A stretch of DNA of 64,000 bases from NCBI GenBank assembly GCA_965238225.1, contig OZ250183.1, positions 1,658,050 through 1,722,049 of the forward strand, given 5' to 3'. This DNA comes from Gammaproteobacteria bacterium (lineage in GTDB: Bacteria > Pseudomonadota > Gammaproteobacteria > Eutrophobiales > Eutrophobiaceae). Positions 45,571-56,718 of the stretch are shown here, piece by piece; within the stretch, counting starts at the first letter, position 1, and every line of letters starts with the position of its first letter. The position numbers and the translations under genes are program-made. The notes below the pieces were generated by a model. The model searched no databases and was not told the origin of the DNA. It saw nothing but the letters and a program-made list of their open reading frames with translations.

Positions 45571-45618
45571 GAAGGATCAGATATCATCAATTAACTTATC
45601 AACTTGAGGAAATAAAAA

Positions 45619-46491
45619 ATGCAAACAGGTATTATTGGCTTGGGAACCATGGGCGCTTATATGGCGCTAAACTTTCACAGGCAAGGGAAGCTTTATCGTA
45701 TATGGAATCGTTCTAAAGAAAAAGCAGATGCCATTAGCAAAAAGACTGGTATTAAAGTTGCACAATCACCCGAACAGTTGGCTAAAGAATGTGAATTGAT
45801 CATTATTTGTGTGTCTCGTGATGAAGACATGCTGAGTGTCATTGAGCGTATTTCTACAAGCATCAAACCAAAAACCATCGTTGTAGACACATCAACAGTC
45901 GCTGCAGATACAGCCAAACAAGCTGCAGAAATATTACAAAAACAAGATGCCTATTTACTGGATTGTCCAGTCTCAGGTGGTGCTGAAGGTGCGAAAAATG
46001 GCACCTTGGCAATGATGGTTGGGGGGAATGAGGCTGTGCTTAGGCTAGCTAGGCCAACACTAAACGCTATCGCCGCCAATATTGCTTACATAGGCCCAAC
46101 AGGGAGCGGGCAAGCATGCAAAGCATGCAATCAATTAATGGCAGCGGGCATTAATCAGGCGGTTACTGAAGCACTCGCCTTTGGCGAATCCATGGGGCTT
46201 GATATGGACAAAGTCGTAAATATCATAGCAACTGGTGCTGCTGGCAACTGGTTTCTTGATCATCGCGGCAAAAGCATGTTAGCAGGTGACTATAAGCCGG
46301 GTTTTAAAATGGCCTTACATTATAAGGATATGCAAATTTGTAAAAATATGACCAGCACGATTAGTGATAACAATCTGCCAATGATTGAAATGACCTTGAT
46401 ACACTACAAAAGGCTCATGGATGAAGGTTATGGCGAAGAAGATATCTCTGCCTTATTTCGCCTCAAAAAAGCGCAATTGACTGCTGTTTAG
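45619..46491 (+). CDS. 3-hydroxyisobutyrate dehydrogenase family NAD(P)-dependent oxidoreductase
   Basis: GIIGLGTMG, DCPVSGG, GSGQACKACNQ. Confidence 0.92.
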   Translation: MQTGIIGLGTMGAYMALNFHRQGKLYRIWNRSKEKADAISKKTGIKVAQSPEQLAKECELIIICVSRDEDMLSVIERISTSIKPKTIVVDTSTVAADTAKQAAEILQKQDAYLLDCPVSGGAEGAKNGTLAMMVGGNEAVLRLARPTLNAIAANIAYIGPTGSGQACKACNQLMAAGINQAVTEALAFGESMGLDMDKVVNIIATGAAGNWFLDHRGKSMLAGDYKPGFKMALHYKDMQICKNMTSTISDNNLPMIEMTLIHYKRLMDEGYGEEDISALFRLKKAQLTAV

Positions 46492-46678
46492 GGTCAGTTC
46501 TAAATACTCTGAAATATTTATATCAAGTGCAAGTGGGGTTCGCTTCAAAACACAGCAAAATCAATGCTGAAGCTGGAGATTTATTGACCTTGTGTATTTA
46601 TTTATGCAAAATAAACAACCCTTAGAATGGTGCACGGATTGTAACTGATTGATTAAAACATATTTTTACGGAATTTAG

Positions 46679-47458
46679 GTGTCTAGCTTGACTGGAAATA
46701 CGCAACAAACATTCATTGAGGTTAAATCCCTCGACAAAAAATTTGGCAGCATTCATGCCGTAAATAATCTTTCATTTTCTGTTCAAAAAGGCGAAGTGTT
46801 GGGTTTTCTTGGTCCTAATGGTGCAGGCAAGTCTACTACTATGAAAATGATTACTGGCTTTCTCGAGCCAACAAGTGGCACGGTTTCTATTTGTGGGCAT
46901 GATATTCTTGAAGACCCTATTTTGGCTAAAGAAAAAATCGGTTACTTGCCTGAAGGTGCGCCTTCTTATGGAGAGATGACGGTCAAGAACTTTCTTCATT
47001 TTATTGCAGATATTCGTGGCCTAAAAGGCAAAGACAAAAAAAATCGTGTTGATGAGATCATTCAAAAGATCAATCTTGAAACAGTCCGCAATCAAGTTAT
47101 TGATACTTTATCGAAAGGATTTAAGCGTCGCGTCGGGGTTTCACAGGCGTTGTTGCATGATCCTGAAGTCTTGATTATGGATGAGCCTACCGATGGGCTT
47201 GATCCAAATCAGAAACATGAAGTACGTACGCTGATAAACGAAATGTCCGAACACAAAGCCATTATTATTTCCACACATATCATGGAAGAAGTCGATGCCA
47301 TTTGCACACGAGCAATTATTATTGCCTCTGGACAATTGCTGTTTGATGGCACACCGGAGGAATTGTTAGTCAAATCAGGTAGTGGCCGCATAGATGATGT
47401 ATTTCGCGATATCACAACAGATTTTTATATGGAAAAAGGTCAGTTGGCACAATCATGA
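46679..47458 (+). CDS. ABC transporter ATP-binding protein (GldA-like)
   Basis: GPNGAGKST, LSKGFKRRV, IMDEPT. Confidence 0.93.
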   Translation: MSSLTGNTQQTFIEVKSLDKKFGSIHAVNNLSFSVQKGEVLGFLGPNGAGKSTTMKMITGFLEPTSGTVSICGHDILEDPILAKEKIGYLPEGAPSYGEMTVKNFLHFIADIRGLKGKDKKNRVDEIIQKINLETVRNQVIDTLSKGFKRRVGVSQALLHDPEVLIMDEPTDGLDPNQKHEVRTLINEMSEHKAIIISTHIMEEVDAICTRAIIIASGQLLFDGTPEELLVKSGSGRIDDVFRDITTDFYMEKGQLAQS

Positions 47459-48189
47459 ATCATATAAAAGTCATCTTCAAACGGGAATTTTCTGGATATT
47501 TTTCCACGCCTATCGCATACGTTTTTATTGTTACCTTTCTCTTTCTAATTGGAGCTTTAACATTTTACGTTGGCAGTTTTTACGCAAGAAATCAAGCTGA
47601 CTTGGAACCATTTTTCCGCTTTCATCCATGGTTATACCTGTTTCTAATCCCCGCCATCTCCATGCGTCTTTGGTCGGAAGAAATAAAATCAGGCACCATT
47701 GAACTCATCATGACCTTGCCTATTCCAACTCATCAAATCGTGATTGGTAAATTCCTAGCAGCTTGGTGTTTCACGATGGTAGCAATAGCTTTGACTTTTC
47801 CTATCTGGATTACAGTTAATTATCTTGGCAATCCAGACAACACTGTCATTTTGGCCAGTTATATAGGTAGTCTGCTCATGGCCGCTGGTTTCTTGGCAAT
47901 AGGTTCTTGCGTCTCTGCTCTCAGCAAAAGTCAGGTTATTGCGTTTGTCATCAGCCTAGTGATTTCATTTTTATTTTTACTGAGTGGTTTCCCATTGGTG
48001 TTGGATTTTTTCAATGGCTGGGCACCACAAGCCGTGATTAATGCTATTGCATCATTCAGTTTTCTTACCCATTTTGAGTCGATTAAAAAAGGCGTCATTG
48101 ATCTACGAGACATTATTTACTTCGTTACACTCGTAAGCTTCTGGCTTTATGTCAATGTCATAATCATTAATGCAAATAAATCCAGATAA
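47455..48189 (+). CDS. ABC-2 permease (GldF-like)
   Basis: KREFSGYFSTPIAY, PAISMRLWSEE.KSGTIE; overlaps the ATPase stop. Confidence 0.92.
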   Translation: MNHIKVIFKREFSGYFSTPIAYVFIVTFLFLIGALTFYVGSFYARNQADLEPFFRFHPWLYLFLIPAISMRLWSEEIKSGTIELIMTLPIPTHQIVIGKFLAAWCFTMVAIALTFPIWITVNYLGNPDNTVILASYIGSLLMAAGFLAIGSCVSALSKSQVIAFVISLVISFLFLLSGFPLVLDFFNGWAPQAVINAIASFSFLTHFESIKKGVIDLRDIIYFVTLVSFWLYVNVIIINANKSR

Positions 48190-48216
48190 GCGCTTTTTAG
48201 ATAAAAATTTTTAAAG

Positions 48217-50079
48217 ATGAATAAAAATATTACTTGTGCTGGAAACTTGGCGATGGCCGCTACTTTATTTGTTGCCACCATCATTCTGGCCAATACAATA
48301 CTGACCAACTGGCGTATTGATCTCACAGAGAATAAATTATTTACTCTCTCTGAAGGCACGCTGAATATTCTACATAACCTTGAAGAGACAATCCGTCTAG
48401 ATTTCTATTTCTCACAGAAGGCCATGGTTAATTACTCTGCCTTAATAAATTACGGTATCAGGGTACGTGATATGTTGTTGGAATATGAAGCACATTCAGA
48501 TGGCATGATTAAGCTAAACATTATTGATCCCGAAGTCTTTTCAGAAGAAGAAGACCAAGCTGTCGCCGGTGGTATGCAAGGCGTATCTTTAAATAATACT
48601 GGTGACCGCGTCTACTTAGGGCTCGTTGGTACCAATTCAACAGATAAAGAAAAGAACATTCCCTTCTTCCATTCCAGCAAAGAATCTGCGCTTGAATACG
48701 ATCTTAGCAAGCTACTCTACAACCTCGCCTATCCTAAAAAAAGAGTCGTCGGTATTATAAGCTCATTACCCATCTTTGGTGATACTCAAGAAAAATTTCC
48801 CGAGTGGGTTATCGTTGACATGATTAAAGAATTTTTTGAAATACGCATTCTAGAAACTAACCCTAAAAATCTTGATGGTATTGATGTATTAATGATCATT
48901 CATCCTAAAGATATTCAAGATGAAGCACTATTTGCCATTGATCAATATACCCTTAAGGGTGGCAAGGTAATGCTCTTTGTTGATCCTTTGTCTATGGGGG
49001 ATCATAGTAAACCTACTGACCTTGGCGGAGTACTGCCTGATCTGGATTCTGATCTAAACAAACTTACTAAACAATGGAACATCACTGTGCTCGACCAAAA
49101 GATTATTGGCGATATTAATGCTGCCATGCATGTTCAAAGTCATGGCACCAAAGGCCTGCAAGAAACCCCCTATCTTCCTTGGTTAAGACTGGCAAAAGAA
49201 AGTTTTAATCAAGACGATCTTATTACCAGTCAGCTAAGTGTTATCCATATGGGTACGGCTGGAATTATTGAGAAAAATGCTGACAGTGAGATTTCTTTCA
49301 TACCATTAATTGAAAGTACCAAGCAATCTATGAAACTTGATCGTGATTTTATTTTTATACAGAGAGACCCAAAAATTATTCTTGATAATTTTAAATCAGA
49401 AGAGAAAAAACAAGTGATTGCAGCTCGCCTGCAGGGTCATGCAACAACAGCCTTTCCTGAAGGTTTGATTGAAGACGAATACAATAAGAAAAGAAACGAA
49501 AACGATGCCTTGATTAGCGAAGGTGATATCAATGTTATTGTGATTGCCGATACAGATATTCTTAATGATACTTTCTGGATAAGAAATAAACCTTATTTTG
49601 GCATGAACCTTCCGCAACCTATCGCAAACAACGGTGACTTTGTTATTAATGCACTGGAAAATCTATCAGGGAGCAATGATCTAGCAAGCCTCAGAGCTCG
49701 AGGAGAATACACACGCCCCTTTGAAAGGGTTGAAGCTATTCGCCGTCAAGCAGAATTGGAATATCGTCAGCGTGAACAGAAACTTATTGCGACCCTGCAG
49801 GAAACTGAACAGAAAATACGTGCGCTGCAACAAGATCAAGGTGCAAATGCTACAGAAAGCGCATTGCTACTCACCCCAAAACAAAGCTCAGAGATTGAGA
49901 AATTCCAAGAACTGCGTATTGATACACGCAAACAATTGCGTGCTGTCCAATATGATCTGAAGAAAAATATTGAATCTCTAGGTGCCAAATTACGTTTCTT
50001 CAATATCGCATTTTTGCCACTTGTTATTATCTTTATTTCCATTGGCACGGGCGTTTATCGCATCACTCATCGCCATTAA
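48217..50079 (+). CDS. GldG-family ABC auxiliary protein
   Basis: RIDLTENKLFTLSEGT, IDQY.LKGG, C-terminal coiled coil and TM. Confidence 0.9.
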   Translation: MNKNITCAGNLAMAATLFVATIILANTILTNWRIDLTENKLFTLSEGTLNILHNLEETIRLDFYFSQKAMVNYSALINYGIRVRDMLLEYEAHSDGMIKLNIIDPEVFSEEEDQAVAGGMQGVSLNNTGDRVYLGLVGTNSTDKEKNIPFFHSSKESALEYDLSKLLYNLAYPKKRVVGIISSLPIFGDTQEKFPEWVIVDMIKEFFEIRILETNPKNLDGIDVLMIIHPKDIQDEALFAIDQYTLKGGKVMLFVDPLSMGDHSKPTDLGGVLPDLDSDLNKLTKQWNITVLDQKIIGDINAAMHVQSHGTKGLQETPYLPWLRLAKESFNQDDLITSQLSVIHMGTAGIIEKNADSEISFIPLIESTKQSMKLDRDFIFIQRDPKIILDNFKSEEKKQVIAARLQGHATTAFPEGLIEDEYNKKRNENDALISEGDINVIVIADTDILNDTFWIRNKPYFGMNLPQPIANNGDFVINALENLSGSNDLASLRARGEYTRPFERVEAIRRQAELEYRQREQKLIATLQETEQKIRALQQDQGANATESALLLTPKQSSEIEKFQELRIDTRKQLRAVQYDLKKNIESLGAKLRFFNIAFLPLVIIFISIGTGVYRITHRH

Positions 50080-50121
50080 TCAAAATACATTTGTTAAAAT
50101 AAAATTAAGATTTCAATCATT

Positions 50122-51189
50122 ATGAAGCGTCAAAAATTACCGTTCTTCTTTGTAGTGACAATTGCAATAATTATCACTGCAATACTGTTTGCTCAATCCC
50201 GTGCACCTAAAACAACTATTGAAAAAGAAATTTTATTTCCAGAACTCGCCAATAAAATTAATGATGTTGCTCATATAAACATTAAAAGCAGTGAAAATCC
50301 TGATGTCATCCTGAAAAAAATGGAACATGGTCAATGGACTGTACAAAGTGCAGACAACTACCCTGCACAATTTAACAAAATAAAGAATGTTGTTGTCAGC
50401 TTGTCTCAGCTAAGGATATTGGCTACTAAAACAGATAATCCAAAACTTTATCCGGAACTGGGTGTTGAGAATTATAAAGACAATAATGCAAAATCATTAT
50501 TACTGGTTCTAAGCGATCAATCTGGCACAACACTTGCCTCGCTTATTGTCGGAAAGCCTCGAAAAAACAACTTTGTAAACAATCGACCTAATCTTTATGT
50601 GCGTAAAACAGGCGTAAAAAATGCGCTTATGGTTGAGGGCTATCTGCAACTTAAAGCAAATAATAATGATTGGTATGAACGTAACATAATTCATATCCCT
50701 GCTTCGCGCATACAAGCTGTGGATATTGTTAAAAGCAGTGGTGCACATCTTTTAGTTAGAAAACATACCAAAGGCGATACCGATTTCAAGGTAATAGAAG
50801 GAGATACTACATCGCCTTCAGTATTATTAAATAAATTAGGAACTTTTCTTGAAGATATGCATATTGAAGATGTGCACGCGGCTTCCCATTTCGATTTCCC
50901 TGATAATGCAACGGTAACGACATTCACAACATTTAATGGTATGGTCATCACCGTTAAAACTGCCCTTAAAAAGGGCAAGGCCTTTACGCATCTTTCGTTT
51001 GCAGAAGCAATAACATCCAACGGCCAACTTTATAAGGAATCTGGCGATAGAGCGCCAGAAAATCGTGCAGAAACCCTCAATGCTGGAGATGAAAGCAGAA
51101 TGTGGAATAAACTTCTAAATCCTTGGATCTATGAGCTCCAAGCGTTCAAATTCAAGGCGCTGGATGTCGTTGTATCTCAACTTCAATAA
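50122..51189 (+). CDS. DUF4340 domain protein
   Basis: N-terminal TM, KTDNPKLYPELGV, typical fourth gene of this ABC cluster. Confidence 0.8.
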   Translation: MKRQKLPFFFVVTIAIIITAILFAQSRAPKTTIEKEILFPELANKINDVAHINIKSSENPDVILKKMEHGQWTVQSADNYPAQFNKIKNVVVSLSQLRILATKTDNPKLYPELGVENYKDNNAKSLLLVLSDQSGTTLASLIVGKPRKNNFVNNRPNLYVRKTGVKNALMVEGYLQLKANNNDWYERNIIHIPASRIQAVDIVKSSGAHLLVRKHTKGDTDFKVIEGDTTSPSVLLNKLGTFLEDMHIEDVHAASHFDFPDNATVTTFTTFNGMVITVKTALKKGKAFTHLSFAEAITSNGQLYKESGDRAPENRAETLNAGDESRMWNKLLNPWIYELQAFKFKALDVVVSQLQ

Positions 51190-51217
51190 TTCAATCTGCC
51201 AGTGCGGCCTTCTAGTT

Positions 51218-51282
51218 TAATTTCCTTATCTAATTTCCCGGCCTAATTTCCTAGTCTAATTTCCTAGTCTAATTTCTTGGTT
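51218..51282. repeat. Five tandem 13-bp repeats upstream of glyQ
   Basis: taatttccttatc / taatttcccggcc / taatttcctagtc / taatttcctagtc / taatttcttggtt. Confidence 0.9.
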
Positions 51283-51374
51283 TTAGGCTAAGTAAAAAAC
51301 TGTAAGCTAAGCTATACTCACCCCTGCGTGATTCTGACTCAGGATGACGAGACTTATATTCAAACCACATAGAA

Positions 51375-52289
51375 ATGACCTTGGCAAAATCAAGCAAAAA
51401 AAATCTACTTAGCTTCCAGGATCTAATCTTCCAGTTACAACATTTCTGGGCAAGTAAAGAATGTATTATCGAACAACCCTATAGCGTAGAAGTAGGTGCG
51501 GGGACATTCCATCCTGCAACCTTTTTACGTGCCATCGGGCCAGAACCATGGCGTACAGCTTATCTACAAGCTTCGCGGAGACCGACTGATGGCCGTTACG
51601 GAAAAAACCCTAATCGCTTACAACATTATTATCAGTTCCAAGTCTTGTTAAAACCTTCTCCTCACGAGATGCAAGAACTGTATCTTGAGTCCTTGAAGCA
51701 TCTTGGTTTCGACCCCCTGATACATGATATACGTTTTGTTGAAGATAACTGGGAATCACCAACCCTCGGTGCCTGGGGCTTGGGCTGGGAAGTCTGGCTG
51801 GATGGTATGGAAATAAGCCAATTCACTTATTTCCAACAGGTAGGCGGTCTAGATTGCGTCCCTGTCTCTGGTGAAATCACTTACGGGCTTGAACGGATAG
51901 CCATGTATCTACAAGATAAAGATAGCGTCTTTAATTTGCTGTGGTGTAAAACATCAGACATTGAGATCAGTTACGGCGACATCTATCATCAAAATGAAGT
52001 TGAGATGTCGGCCTACAATTTTGAGTTTGCAAATATTGATTCACTGTTTAAATGGTTTGATACCTGCGCATCAGAATGCATGAAATTAATTGAGAATAAT
52101 TTACCATTACCAGCTTATGAAATGATTCTGAAGGCATCGCACTCTTTTAATCTGCTTGATGCTAGGCGCGCCATCTCTGCTACTGAAAGGCAGCGGCTCA
52201 TCTTACGAATACGGACTTTATCCAAAGCCGTTGCGCAAACATATTTAGAAGGTCGTAAAGCCTTAGGATTTCCTTTAGTCAAGCCATGA
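51375..52289 (+). CDS. glyQ: Glycine--tRNA ligase alpha subunit
   Basis: [37 protein letters not shown]. Confidence 0.98.
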   Translation: MTLAKSSKKNLLSFQDLIFQLQHFWASKECIIEQPYSVEVGAGTFHPATFLRAIGPEPWRTAYLQASRRPTDGRYGKNPNRLQHYYQFQVLLKPSPHEMQELYLESLKHLGFDPLIHDIRFVEDNWESPTLGAWGLGWEVWLDGMEISQFTYFQQVGGLDCVPVSGEITYGLERIAMYLQDKDSVFNLLWCKTSDIEISYGDIYHQNEVEMSAYNFEFANIDSLFKWFDTCASECMKLIENNLPLPAYEMILKASHSFNLLDARRAISATERQRLILRIRTLSKAVAQTYLEGRKALGFPLVKP

Positions 52290-54358
52290 CAAAACAAACA
52301 TTACTACTAGAAATTGGAACCGAGGAACTGCCTCCAAAGGCACTATTAAAACTTGCGACTGGCTTTGCTGATGGCATACGTTACGGTCTGGATAAAATGG
52401 AACTTGAGTATGCCGAAATAAATTATTATGCAACACCAAGACGCCTCGCTGTCATGGTCAAAGATCTAGACACAACACAGAAGAATAAAAAGCTATTAAA
52501 AAAAGGACCTGCCATCAAGACCGCGTACAATGAAGTAGGACTACCCGCCCAAGCTGCGCTGAGTTTTGCAAAATCATGCGGTGTAGAATTTTCTGAACTT
52601 GAAACTGTAGAAACAGAAAAGGGCGCATGGCTAATGTATCGAACTACAGAAAAGGGCAAACCGACAGTTAAGTTAATCCCTGAAATTGCCGAAACTGCTT
52701 TATCCAAACTGCCCATTTCTAAAAGAATGCGCTGGGGGGCTGGCTGCATAGAATTTGTTCGTCCCGTGCACTGGCTTGTTGTTATGTTCAACACCAAAAC
52801 TGTCAACTGTTCTATCCTCGGTCTACAGGCTGACAACCAAACCTTTGGTCATAGATTTCATCATCCTCACGCAATCAAACTTAAGTCAACCGAAAGTTAC
52901 CTGCAACAATTAGAAAAAACGGGGAAAGTCATTGCCGATTTTAATCGGCGTAAAACAATCATCAGAGAATCTGTAAATAAGATTGCAAAAAAAATAAAAG
53001 GGCAAGCCGTGATTGATGAGAGCCTACTCGATGAAGTCACTGCGCTGGTAGAGTGGCCCGTAGTATTCTCAGGTGTTTTTGATGAGAAATATCTTAACTT
53101 ACCAAATGAAGTATTAATCTCCACCATGCAAGGACATCAAAAATATTTTCCTGTACTTGATAAGGAGAATAATTTACTTCCTTGCTTTATCGCCGTCACT
53201 AATATCGAAAGCAAATCCCCTGATGTCATACGGCTTGGGAATCAACGCGTGATTTCGCCTAGGCTAAGTGATGCTGAATTTTTCTGGCAACGGGATAATC
53301 AAACAACACTCGATATTTTAAGATCGAAATTAGCTGATGTTATTTTCCAAAAAGAACTAGGAAGTCTAGCTGATAAATCGGCACGCATCTCTTGCCTTGC
53401 TATCTTTATGGCTAATCTTTTGAAAACAGATTCGGCGCTTGTTGCACGGGCTGCAATTTTAAGCAAATGTGATTTACTCACTGAGATGGTTGCAGAATTA
53501 CCAGAACTACAAGGTATCATTGGACGTTATTACGCTATCAATAATGGTGAAAACACCAAAGTAGCGACTGCACTTGATGAACAATATATGCCACGCTTTG
53601 CAGGAGACCAAATACCGCAAAGCAAAACTGGCCAGATAATTTCTATTGCAGACAAACTTGATACGCTTGTTGGTATCTTTGCCATTGTTAAAGCACCAAC
53701 AGGTGATAAAGATCCATTTGCACTGCGGCGCGCAGCGCTAAGTGTATTACGCATTATTATCGAAGGGGAAATTGAATTAAACCTGCAAGATTGCCTTGAA
53801 AAAGCCGTTGAAAATTATGATGATGCATTAATTAAGAAAGGACTTATATCGCGAGTATTTAATTTCATGATGGAACGTCTAAGACGTTATTATATTGACC
53901 AAGGTATCTCTGTAGATAATTTTGAAGCCGTATTAGTAGTGCATCCTGAAAGACCATATGATTTCCATCGGCGGATCATTGCCGTTTCTCAATTCAGGAA
54001 ATTACCAGAAGCAACAAGCTTGATCGCTGCTAATAAACGTATTGGCAATATCCTTAAACGGGCAGAAAACCTGGATAATATTCAAGTAAATAATGATTTA
54101 CTACAAGAAGATGCTGAACAAAAACTGGCGGCGGCACTTGTCTCTATAGAGAAAAAAATAAACCCACTATTAGACAAAAGCGATTATAAGCGTACGCTTA
54201 GTGAACTTTCTTATCTAAAAGATGAGATCGATACATTTTTTGATGGTGTTATGGTTATGTGTGAGGACGAAGCTATAAAAAACAATCGGCTTGCGTTATT
54301 AAAAAAACTCAGTCGCATGTTCTTGAAGATAGCCGATATATCCAAACTGCAAAATTAA
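52286..54358 (+). CDS. glyS: Glycine--tRNA ligase beta subunit
   Basis: [36 protein letters not shown]. Confidence 0.97.
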   Translation: MTKQTLLLEIGTEELPPKALLKLATGFADGIRYGLDKMELEYAEINYYATPRRLAVMVKDLDTTQKNKKLLKKGPAIKTAYNEVGLPAQAALSFAKSCGVEFSELETVETEKGAWLMYRTTEKGKPTVKLIPEIAETALSKLPISKRMRWGAGCIEFVRPVHWLVVMFNTKTVNCSILGLQADNQTFGHRFHHPHAIKLKSTESYLQQLEKTGKVIADFNRRKTIIRESVNKIAKKIKGQAVIDESLLDEVTALVEWPVVFSGVFDEKYLNLPNEVLISTMQGHQKYFPVLDKENNLLPCFIAVTNIESKSPDVIRLGNQRVISPRLSDAEFFWQRDNQTTLDILRSKLADVIFQKELGSLADKSARISCLAIFMANLLKTDSALVARAAILSKCDLLTEMVAELPELQGIIGRYYAINNGENTKVATALDEQYMPRFAGDQIPQSKTGQIISIADKLDTLVGIFAIVKAPTGDKDPFALRRAALSVLRIIIEGEIELNLQDCLEKAVENYDDALIKKGLISRVFNFMMERLRRYYIDQGISVDNFEAVLVVHPERPYDFHRRIIAVSQFRKLPEATSLIAANKRIGNILKRAENLDNIQVNNDLLQEDAEQKLAAALVSIEKKINPLLDKSDYKRTLSELSYLKDEIDTFFDGVMVMCEDEAIKNNRLALLKKLSRMFLKIADISKLQN

Positions 54359-54407
54359 GCTAATTTTTACAATGTCAGTAGTTTAAAAACGAGAGGAACG
54401 CGGGCAC

Positions 54408-54947
54408 ATGTCATTAATCATTCTTGATCGAGACGGTGTTATTAATTATGACTCACTTGATTACATTAAATCTCCTGATGAATGGATCTCTATTCCAGGA
54501 AGTATCGAGGCAATCTCACGACTTTCACGCAATAATTATCGCATCATCATTGCCAGCAATCAATCTGGTATTGCACGCAAAAAATTTACCATTGATGACC
54601 TAAATAGAATTCACAGAAAAATGATAATGCACCTTGAGCAATACGGTGGTTCAATTGAGGCGATTATTTTCTGCCCACATAGTCCGAAAAAAAGGTGTGA
54701 TTGTCGTAAACCAAAACCCGGTATGTTATTTAACATCGCCAATAAACTCCGTATTTCTTTGCAAGAAATTTACTTTGTAGGTGACAGCCAAAGTGATCTC
54801 GATGCTGCGCAAAGCGCAGGGGCAAAACCAATATTAGTCAGAACTGGCAATGGTGCCTTGTTGGATGATAGTGGCTCTGTTCCATGGGATGTGCCTGTAT
54901 ATACCGATCTGGCTGAATTTGTAGACAAACTATTGAATGCTGCTTAG
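54408..54947 (+). CDS. gmhB: D-glycero-D-manno-heptose bisphosphate phosphatase
   Basis: LDRDGVIN, SNQSG, CPH...CDCRKPKPG, VGD. Confidence 0.93.
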   Translation: MSLIILDRDGVINYDSLDYIKSPDEWISIPGSIEAISRLSRNNYRIIIASNQSGIARKKFTIDDLNRIHRKMIMHLEQYGGSIEAIIFCPHSPKKRCDCRKPKPGMLFNIANKLRISLQEIYFVGDSQSDLDAAQSAGAKPILVRTGNGALLDDSGSVPWDVPVYTDLAEFVDKLLNAA

Positions 54948-55653
54948 ATCATTATTTTTTTACTCAGGGCTTATCTTATCAATGATTTGCATCATTCCTT
55001 TTTGCCTGCTTATTTATCTATTGCCTTTTAAAAAGCGCTATTATTTTGCCACTCGCTGGACTTTATTTAATTTATGGTGGTTAAAAATTACCTGCAATTT
55101 AGCACACACAGTAGAAGGTATAGAAAATATTCCCAACGAAGCTTCTATTATCATGAGTAAACATCAATCGGCATGGGAAACACTGGCAATACCATCAATC
55201 TTTCCGACGCAAGTCTGGGTATTGAAGCGTGAATTATTATGGTTGCCTATTTGTGGCTTGGGACTAGCCTCTATGCAGTCTATTGCCATCGATCGCGGTT
55301 CTGTGATCCAATCCTTAAAACAAATTGTAAAACAAGGTTGTGAACGCTTGTCAAAAGGTGTATGGGTTGTCATTTTCCCGGAAGGCACGCGCGTTGCCCC
55401 AGGACAATCAAAAAAATACTTGGCAGGCGGCGGCCTGTTGGCTAAAAAATCTGGTGCCATGGTTATCCCTGTTGCACATAATTCTGGTTATTTTTGGCCA
55501 AGAAACAGTATTGCTAAAAAATCTGGAGTCATACGAATGATCATTGGGCCTGCCATTCATCCGAAAAACAAAACTGCAAATGAAATCACCGCTGAAGTAG
55601 AAACGTGGATTGAAAACACTGTCAACGAACTTCCAAAACCACAGCGTCACTGA
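54937..55653 (+). CDS. plsC: 1-acyl-sn-glycerol-3-phosphate acyltransferase
   Basis: KHQSAWET, IFPEGTR. Confidence 0.9.
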   Translation: MLLRSLFFYSGLILSMICIIPFCLLIYLLPFKKRYYFATRWTLFNLWWLKITCNLAHTVEGIENIPNEASIIMSKHQSAWETLAIPSIFPTQVWVLKRELLWLPICGLGLASMQSIAIDRGSVIQSLKQIVKQGCERLSKGVWVVIFPEGTRVAPGQSKKYLAGGGLLAKKSGAMVIPVAHNSGYFWPRNSIAKKSGVIRMIIGPAIHPKNKTANEITAEVETWIENTVNELPKPQRH

Positions 55654-55752
55654 TTAAATCCTGAGCTTTTATTTACGACTGGTTTATATTTCAAACGAGT
55701 TCGCTTACAGTGTCAAAACCTGTACGCATCTACATACAAAAAGATCTTAATT

Positions 55753-56067
55753 ATGATAATCACCACGCTGGAATACGTTCCAGGCAAAACCATCACTAAG
55801 CATCTCGGGCTGGTTCAAGGTAGCACAGTTCGTGCCAAGCACGCTGGTAGAGATATGATGGCAGTGTTCAAAAATTTCTTTGGTGGCGAGCTAAAAGGCT
55901 ATACTGAACTCCTCAATGAATCCCGTAATGAATCGATCGACAGAATGACAAAACAGGCAGAATCCATCGGCGCAAATGCTATTCTCAATATTCGTTTTTC
56001 AACCTCTTCTATAACTCAGGGTGCATCAGAAGTCTTTGCCTACGGTACAGCTGTAATTTTAGATTAG
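55753..56067 (+). CDS. YbjQ (UPF0145) family protein
   Basis: GLVQGSTVRAKHAGRD, GGELKGYTELL, AYGTAV. Confidence 0.92.
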   Translation: MIITTLEYVPGKTITKHLGLVQGSTVRAKHAGRDMMAVFKNFFGGELKGYTELLNESRNESIDRMTKQAESIGANAILNIRFSTSSITQGASEVFAYGTAVILD

Positions 56068-56121
56068 AATCTGGACAGATTAAAATTTGGATAGAATTTT
56101 TAATAAGAATGGAGATTCATC

Positions 56122-56640
56122 ATAGACATTGACATTATCATATTCTTTGTATTGCTAGGGCTTGGTTTCTGCTTTGGTCAATTCATTGAGAAAAGACATT
56201 ACCGTTCAATCATCAGAAGGGAATCCCAATTACGATCTATTCCTGTCATTGCCAGCAAAAAATTACCTGATGAATTTCTGCCCTGCCAGACACACCTAGT
56301 CTCAGGCAATGTTGTTATATCTGTTGATTATTTTAAGAAATTTGTTGCCGGCCTCAGAAGCATTGTTGGTGGCAAAATGGCCAGCTATGAAAGCTTGATT
56401 GATCGTGCGCGTCGTGAAGCAGTTTTGCGAATGCAAGAGGATGCTAAAAAATTCAATGCCAATTACGTATTTAATGTCAAGATGGAAACCTCTTCTATTT
56501 CCAAAGGCAAAAAAAATAAAATTGGATCAGTTGAAGTGCTTGCTTATGGAACCGCCATCACGCTGGAAACAACGACTCCTGCCGCTGCTGTCGAACCAGA
56601 AAAACAAGACATGTCAGGATTCAACTTTAGATATGTTTGA
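56122..56640 (+). CDS. Membrane-anchored YbjQ family protein (start uncertain)
   Basis: EKRHYRSII.RE, SVDYFKKF, RARREAVLRM, AYGTA; the TM segment extends upstream of TTG 56152 to ATA 56122. Confidence 0.85.
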   Translation: MDIDIIIFFVLLGLGFCFGQFIEKRHYRSIIRRESQLRSIPVIASKKLPDEFLPCQTHLVSGNVVISVDYFKKFVAGLRSIVGGKMASYESLIDRARREAVLRMQEDAKKFNANYVFNVKMETSSISKGKKNKIGSVEVLAYGTAITLETTTPAAAVEPEKQDMSGFNFRYV

Positions 56641-56718
56641 CGCATTCAATCATTCAACATAACAAACTTAAAAATACACAATATCTGCCTTGCATGGTTT
56701 CTAATTAGTAAAAAACCC

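Noticed and set aside
46679-51189. Gld-like ABC cluster as a novel or gliding system
   Set aside because: Widespread four-gene cluster in proteobacteria; no other gliding genes here.
51218-51282. CRISPR array
   Set aside because: 13-bp contiguous units without spacers.
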